DNA of 64,000 nucleotides from an uncultured delta proteobacterium (GTDB taxonomy: Bacteria; Desulfobacterota; Desulfobacteria; Desulfobacterales; JAFDCJ01): NCBI GenBank assembly GCA_963769935.1, contig CAVYNY010000010.1, positions 256,001-320,000 of the forward strand, given 5' to 3'. Within the stretch, counting starts at the first letter, position 1. The number at the start of each line of letters is the position of its first letter. Shown here piece after piece: positions 60,849-64,000 of this stretch. The notes below the pieces were generated by a model. The model saw nothing but the letters and a program-made list of their open reading frames with translations. It did no database searches and had not been told where the DNA came from. The translations under genes were made by a program, and so were the position numbers.

Positions 60849-62780
60849 ATGTTAAAACAGCAGCTGCAGAAACATTTCGGGTTCAATACATTTTTAAAAG
60901 GCCAGGAAGCCGTCATCGACAAGGTGCTGGAGCGTCAGTCCGCGGCCGCCATCTTTCCTACCGGCGCCGGCAAGTCCCTATGCTACCAGCTGCCGGCGAT
61001 GCTGCTGCCCGGCATGACGCTGGTGGTGTCGCCCCTGCTGTCTTTGATGAAAGACCAGCTGGACTTTTTGCTGTCCAACAACATCCCGGCCGCGCGCCTG
61101 GATTCGACCCTTGGAAAAAGCGAATACAATGCAATTCTCGACCGCGCCAAAAGCGGCCAATTAAAGATCCTGATGATTGCGGTTGAAAGATTTAAAAATG
61201 AACGGTTTCGTTCCCATCTGGAAAAGATGAATGTCTCCCTGTTGGTCGTGGACGAAGCGCACTGCATCTCCGAGTGGGGGCATAATTTTCGGCCCGAATA
61301 TCTGAAGCTGCCGGATTACCAGAAAGAATTCAATATAGCCCAGACACTGCTGCTGACAGCCACTGCCACCGAGCAGGTTAGAGATGACATGTGCGCTAAA
61401 TTCGATCTACCTAAAGAAAATGTGTTTGTGACCGGATTTTATCGCAACAATCTTTTTCTGCAGGTTACGCCGACGGCCGCATCTGAAAAAAAGGACCGCC
61501 TGCTGCAAAGAATCCGTGAAGCTCCCCAGGACCCGACCATTGTCTATGTCACCCTGCAAAAAACGGCTGAAGACGTCGCAGAATTCCTAGGCGCCAATAA
61601 AATCAACGCGCATCCGTATCATGCCGGCATGGAGACGGAAAAACGGGAGGAGATCCAAAACAAGTTCATGGATGGGACCCTGGCCTGCATCACGGCAACC
61701 ATCGCCTTCGGGATGGGAATCGACAAAAAGGACATCCGCCGAATCATTCACTACGATCTTCCCAAATCCATTGAAAACTACAGCCAGGAAATCGGGCGCT
61801 CCGGGCGGGATGGCAAGCCTGCATTATGCGAGGTACTGGCCAACCGGGACAACATCCATGTTTTGGAGAATTTTATTTACGGCGATACGCCGGAGAAGCC
61901 CTCGATCCGCCAATTGCTGCAGACTATCAAAGAAAACAAGGGCTTTGTCTGGGAAATAAAAGCGACAGCGCTTTCAAACGACCTGAATATCAGAATCCTG
62001 CCGCTCAAAACCCTGCTGGTCTATCTGGCGCTGGAAAAAGTGATTCGACCCAAGCTGACCTATTTTGAGGAATATTCGTTCAAATTCAACACGGAGCCCA
62101 CCACGATCATCAACAGTTTCGAAGGAGAGCGCAAGCAGTATGTGGCCGCAATCATGGATCATTGCCACACCCGGAAAATATGGACCACGGCCGATATCCC
62201 GGCCATCCTGAACAGTTACAAGACTGACCGGCAGCGGATTATCGCGGCCCTGGAATACTTTGATGAGCAAGGCTGGATCGAACTACAATCCAAACAGGCC
62301 GTCGAAGTATACGATATTCTGACCCAGGCGTTTGATCTCGATGACATGGCCGAAAAAATGTATGCGTTGTTTAGAAGAAAGGAACGCGTTGAGATTCAAC
62401 GAATCCATAACATGGTTGGTTTTTTTGAAGGCGACGTCTGTATCAGCAGGCAACTGGCCCGATATTTTGGAGAACATCTTGAACAAGACCGCTGCGGGCA
62501 TTGTTCATTCTGTCAAAGCGGAAAAGCGGTTCTGCCAAACATCACCGAATTAAAACCGCTTTCAAATTTTAAATTCAACGAAATCACAAAGGAATTTATT
62601 CAAGCTGTCGGAGATCAGTTCAGCGCGGTAAATTTAGCCAAGTTTCTTTGCGGCATTTATACGCCTTTATTCTCGAAACTGAAGCTAAAGAAACTGCCGC
62701 ACTTCGGCATCCTTGAACGTTATCCTTTTTTGGACGTTAAGAATTGGATCGTGGATAAAACAGGAGCAAGACCTGCGTGA
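60849..62780 (+). CDS. recQ: RecQ-family ATP-dependent DNA helicase
   Basis: PTGAGKSLCYQ, VDEAHCISEWGHNFRP, ATIAFGMGIDK, QEIGRSGRDG and Zn-binding CGHCSFC motifs. Confidence 0.93.
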   Translation: MLKQQLQKHFGFNTFLKGQEAVIDKVLERQSAAAIFPTGAGKSLCYQLPAMLLPGMTLVVSPLLSLMKDQLDFLLSNNIPAARLDSTLGKSEYNAILDRAKSGQLKILMIAVERFKNERFRSHLEKMNVSLLVVDEAHCISEWGHNFRPEYLKLPDYQKEFNIAQTLLLTATATEQVRDDMCAKFDLPKENVFVTGFYRNNLFLQVTPTAASEKKDRLLQRIREAPQDPTIVYVTLQKTAEDVAEFLGANKINAHPYHAGMETEKREEIQNKFMDGTLACITATIAFGMGIDKKDIRRIIHYDLPKSIENYSQEIGRSGRDGKPALCEVLANRDNIHVLENFIYGDTPEKPSIRQLLQTIKENKGFVWEIKATALSNDLNIRILPLKTLLVYLALEKVIRPKLTYFEEYSFKFNTEPTTIINSFEGERKQYVAAIMDHCHTRKIWTTADIPAILNSYKTDRQRIIAALEYFDEQGWIELQSKQAVEVYDILTQAFDLDDMAEKMYALFRRKERVEIQRIHNMVGFFEGDVCISRQLARYFGEHLEQDRCGHCSFCQSGKAVLPNITELKPLSNFKFNEITKEFIQAVGDQFSAVNLAKFLCGIYTPLFSKLKLKKLPHFGILERYPFLDVKNWIVDKTGARPA

Positions 62781-62932
62781 AGTTAACCGATAAAATATGG
62801 CTGAATCGATCAATCTGAAGTTGTCTCCGGGTTGCAGCCCATTTTTAACTGCCCTCTCTTTGCCCGCAACCTTATCGTGTGAAACTTCAAATAGATGAAG
62901 GTATGTGGAATGGATTCGATTTTAATTTTTAT

Positions 62933-63033
62933 TTAGACAGGGTTATCAGGATAATCAGGAATTTTTTCGCCTGCGGCGAGGGGCCTTTCGGCCGAAGGCC
63001 GCATTATCCTAACGATCCTGTTGATCCTGTCCA
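62933..63033. repeat. Inverted 9-nt arrays (ACAGG/ATCAGG vs ATCCTGT) enclosing GC hairpins
   Basis: gacagggttatcaggataatcagga ... atcctaacgatcctgttgatcctgtcc. Confidence 0.7.
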
Positions 63034-63096
63034 ATTATTTTCTTTAAAATAAGAATCCATTCCTCTTTTTCTTTCAAATTATAAAGTTTTTTATCT

Positions 63097-63146
63097 GATC
63101 AGACTGGACGCTCGCGGCCAGAGGCGGCGCTCGTATGAAACCTCAT
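63097..63146. repeat. Second copy of the 6706 dispersed repeat
   Basis: 35-nt identity with 6706-6740. Confidence 0.9.
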
Positions 63147-63209
63147 TTTTTTCTTTACAAAAGACTCGATTTCCCGGCATTGTAAATCAAGGGAGCGAGT
63201 TGATATCAA

Positions 63210-63596
63210 ATGGAATTTACTGAATTCAGCCAAAGAGTCCGGAAGATACTGGATGTTGATCTGCCGGCGAGGGCATCCATTTTAAAAGAAGGCCGTTTTG
63301 TTGCCGATGGCATCAAAATCGGTCGAACTGCATTTATGGCTGAAATGGGTGTTGATTCCGAGCTGGAATATAAAAAGCAATGCATCAAAGACAACCAAAT
63401 CATGTTTCACGCCCACAAGCTAAAGATCCCGGTTGTCATGGGGGGAATCCTCAACCAGAAAGTCGAGGATCAGCCCTTGCCGGTCGATGTGTCCGCTGAT
63501 CTGAAAAAGCTTGATTTTTATCCTTGCCCTCGATTGGAAGGCCGGTTCAGGATGCTGCTCGAATCAGGGGTGATTTCGCAGGATTTCAACAAATAA
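63210..63596 (+). pseudogene. Probable internally deleted cobalamin-binding-domain protein
   Basis: N-terminal ...SELEYKKQC...IMFHAH runs in frame into KLKIPVVMGGILNQK..., which resembles the last strand of a B12-binding Rossmann domain. Confidence 0.5.
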
Positions 63597-63633
63597 GAAT
63601 TTTGGTAGGATTTTAGTCTTTCTAAAATTAGTT

Positions 63634-63737
63634 AGCCACGAATGGACACGAATCAACACGAATTAAGTCAGTAGGCGAAATAAGGACAACTCGCAAATGA
63701 AAATTAGTTTCGTGTAAATTCGTGGTAATTCGTGGCT
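63634..63737. repeat. CACGAA-family inverted tandem array (10-nt period)
   Basis: agccacgaatggacacgaatcaacacgaat ... tttcgtgtaaattcgtggtaattcgtggct. Confidence 0.85.
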
Positions 63738-63811
63738 TCTTTCAAGCAGCTAAACTGTTACGAATTTTGTTGTTTTAAAACCCACAAGTCATCGCTATGG
63801 AGGGAATGCAA

Positions 63812-64000
63812 ATGAGTCTCAAAGATCGACATATCGCATTTATCGGCGGCGGCGCACATCACTGAAATCATCGTCGCCAACTTGGCAGAGACTGGTATCG
63901 TTGTCCCGCGACATTTAATTGTCAGCGATCCGATTAAAGAAAAATTGAAAACCCTGCAAAGCAAGTACGGCATTTCAACCGCGGCAGACAACATGGAGGC
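63812..64000 (+). CDS. proC: Pyrroline-5-carboxylate reductase-like protein, N-terminus; +1 frameshift near 63854; runs off the window
   Basis: MSLKDRHIAFIGGG/HITEIIVANL...LIVSDP...KYGISTAADN, a ProC-like Rossmann N-terminus. Confidence 0.65.

Noticed and set aside
1..64000. tRNA, rRNA, integrase or prophage genes
   Set aside because: None recognised by eye; a tRNAscan/Infernal run would be needed to exclude small RNAs

Overview
Bacterial chromosomal window, most likely from an anaerobic Desulfobacterota (Desulfobacterales-like) organism; this is inferred from gene content (Hdr/Mvh/Fdh selenoproteins, sigma54 regulators, TRAP/TAXI transporters) and not from a database search. 1-13 kb: Tat-exported TRAP transporter with a divergent IclR regulator and matching operators, an aminotransferase, MFS/DMT transporters, an IS91-like remnant and an alcohol dehydrogenase. 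13.4-24.5 kb: an NtrC-type activator, a sigma54 promoter, RR-HK-RR and an hdrA-mvhD-fdhB-like-fdhA operon. Three of the four redox genes carry an in-frame UGA at a conserved Cys/Sec position followed by a SECIS-like hairpin, so the ORF track wrongly splits them. 24.7-46 kb: creatininase with a TAXI-TRAP system, sppA, ugpBAEC flanked by two glycerophosphodiesterases, tryptophanase, a LytTR two-component module, a Tat-signal FAD oxidoreductase and an HDAC-family protein. 46.4-60.8 kb: a damaged defence island (MNT-HEPN, type I R-M with RhuM/ATPase/M48 cargo, ERCC4 nuclease, four-helix-bundle gene), followed by recQ and proC. Most notable: (i) the triple-selenoprotein HdrA/MvhD/Fdh operon without hdrBC; (ii) a 261-bp, in-frame, highly structured insertion without target duplication that splits the four-helix-bundle gene; (iii) many intergenic inverted arrays of 7-10-nt tandem repeats, one family of which brackets cargo genes in the R-M operon; (iv) three apparent internal gene deletions and many single-base frameshifts, which may partly be assembly errors. 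Product calls come from motif recognition only; no searches were run.
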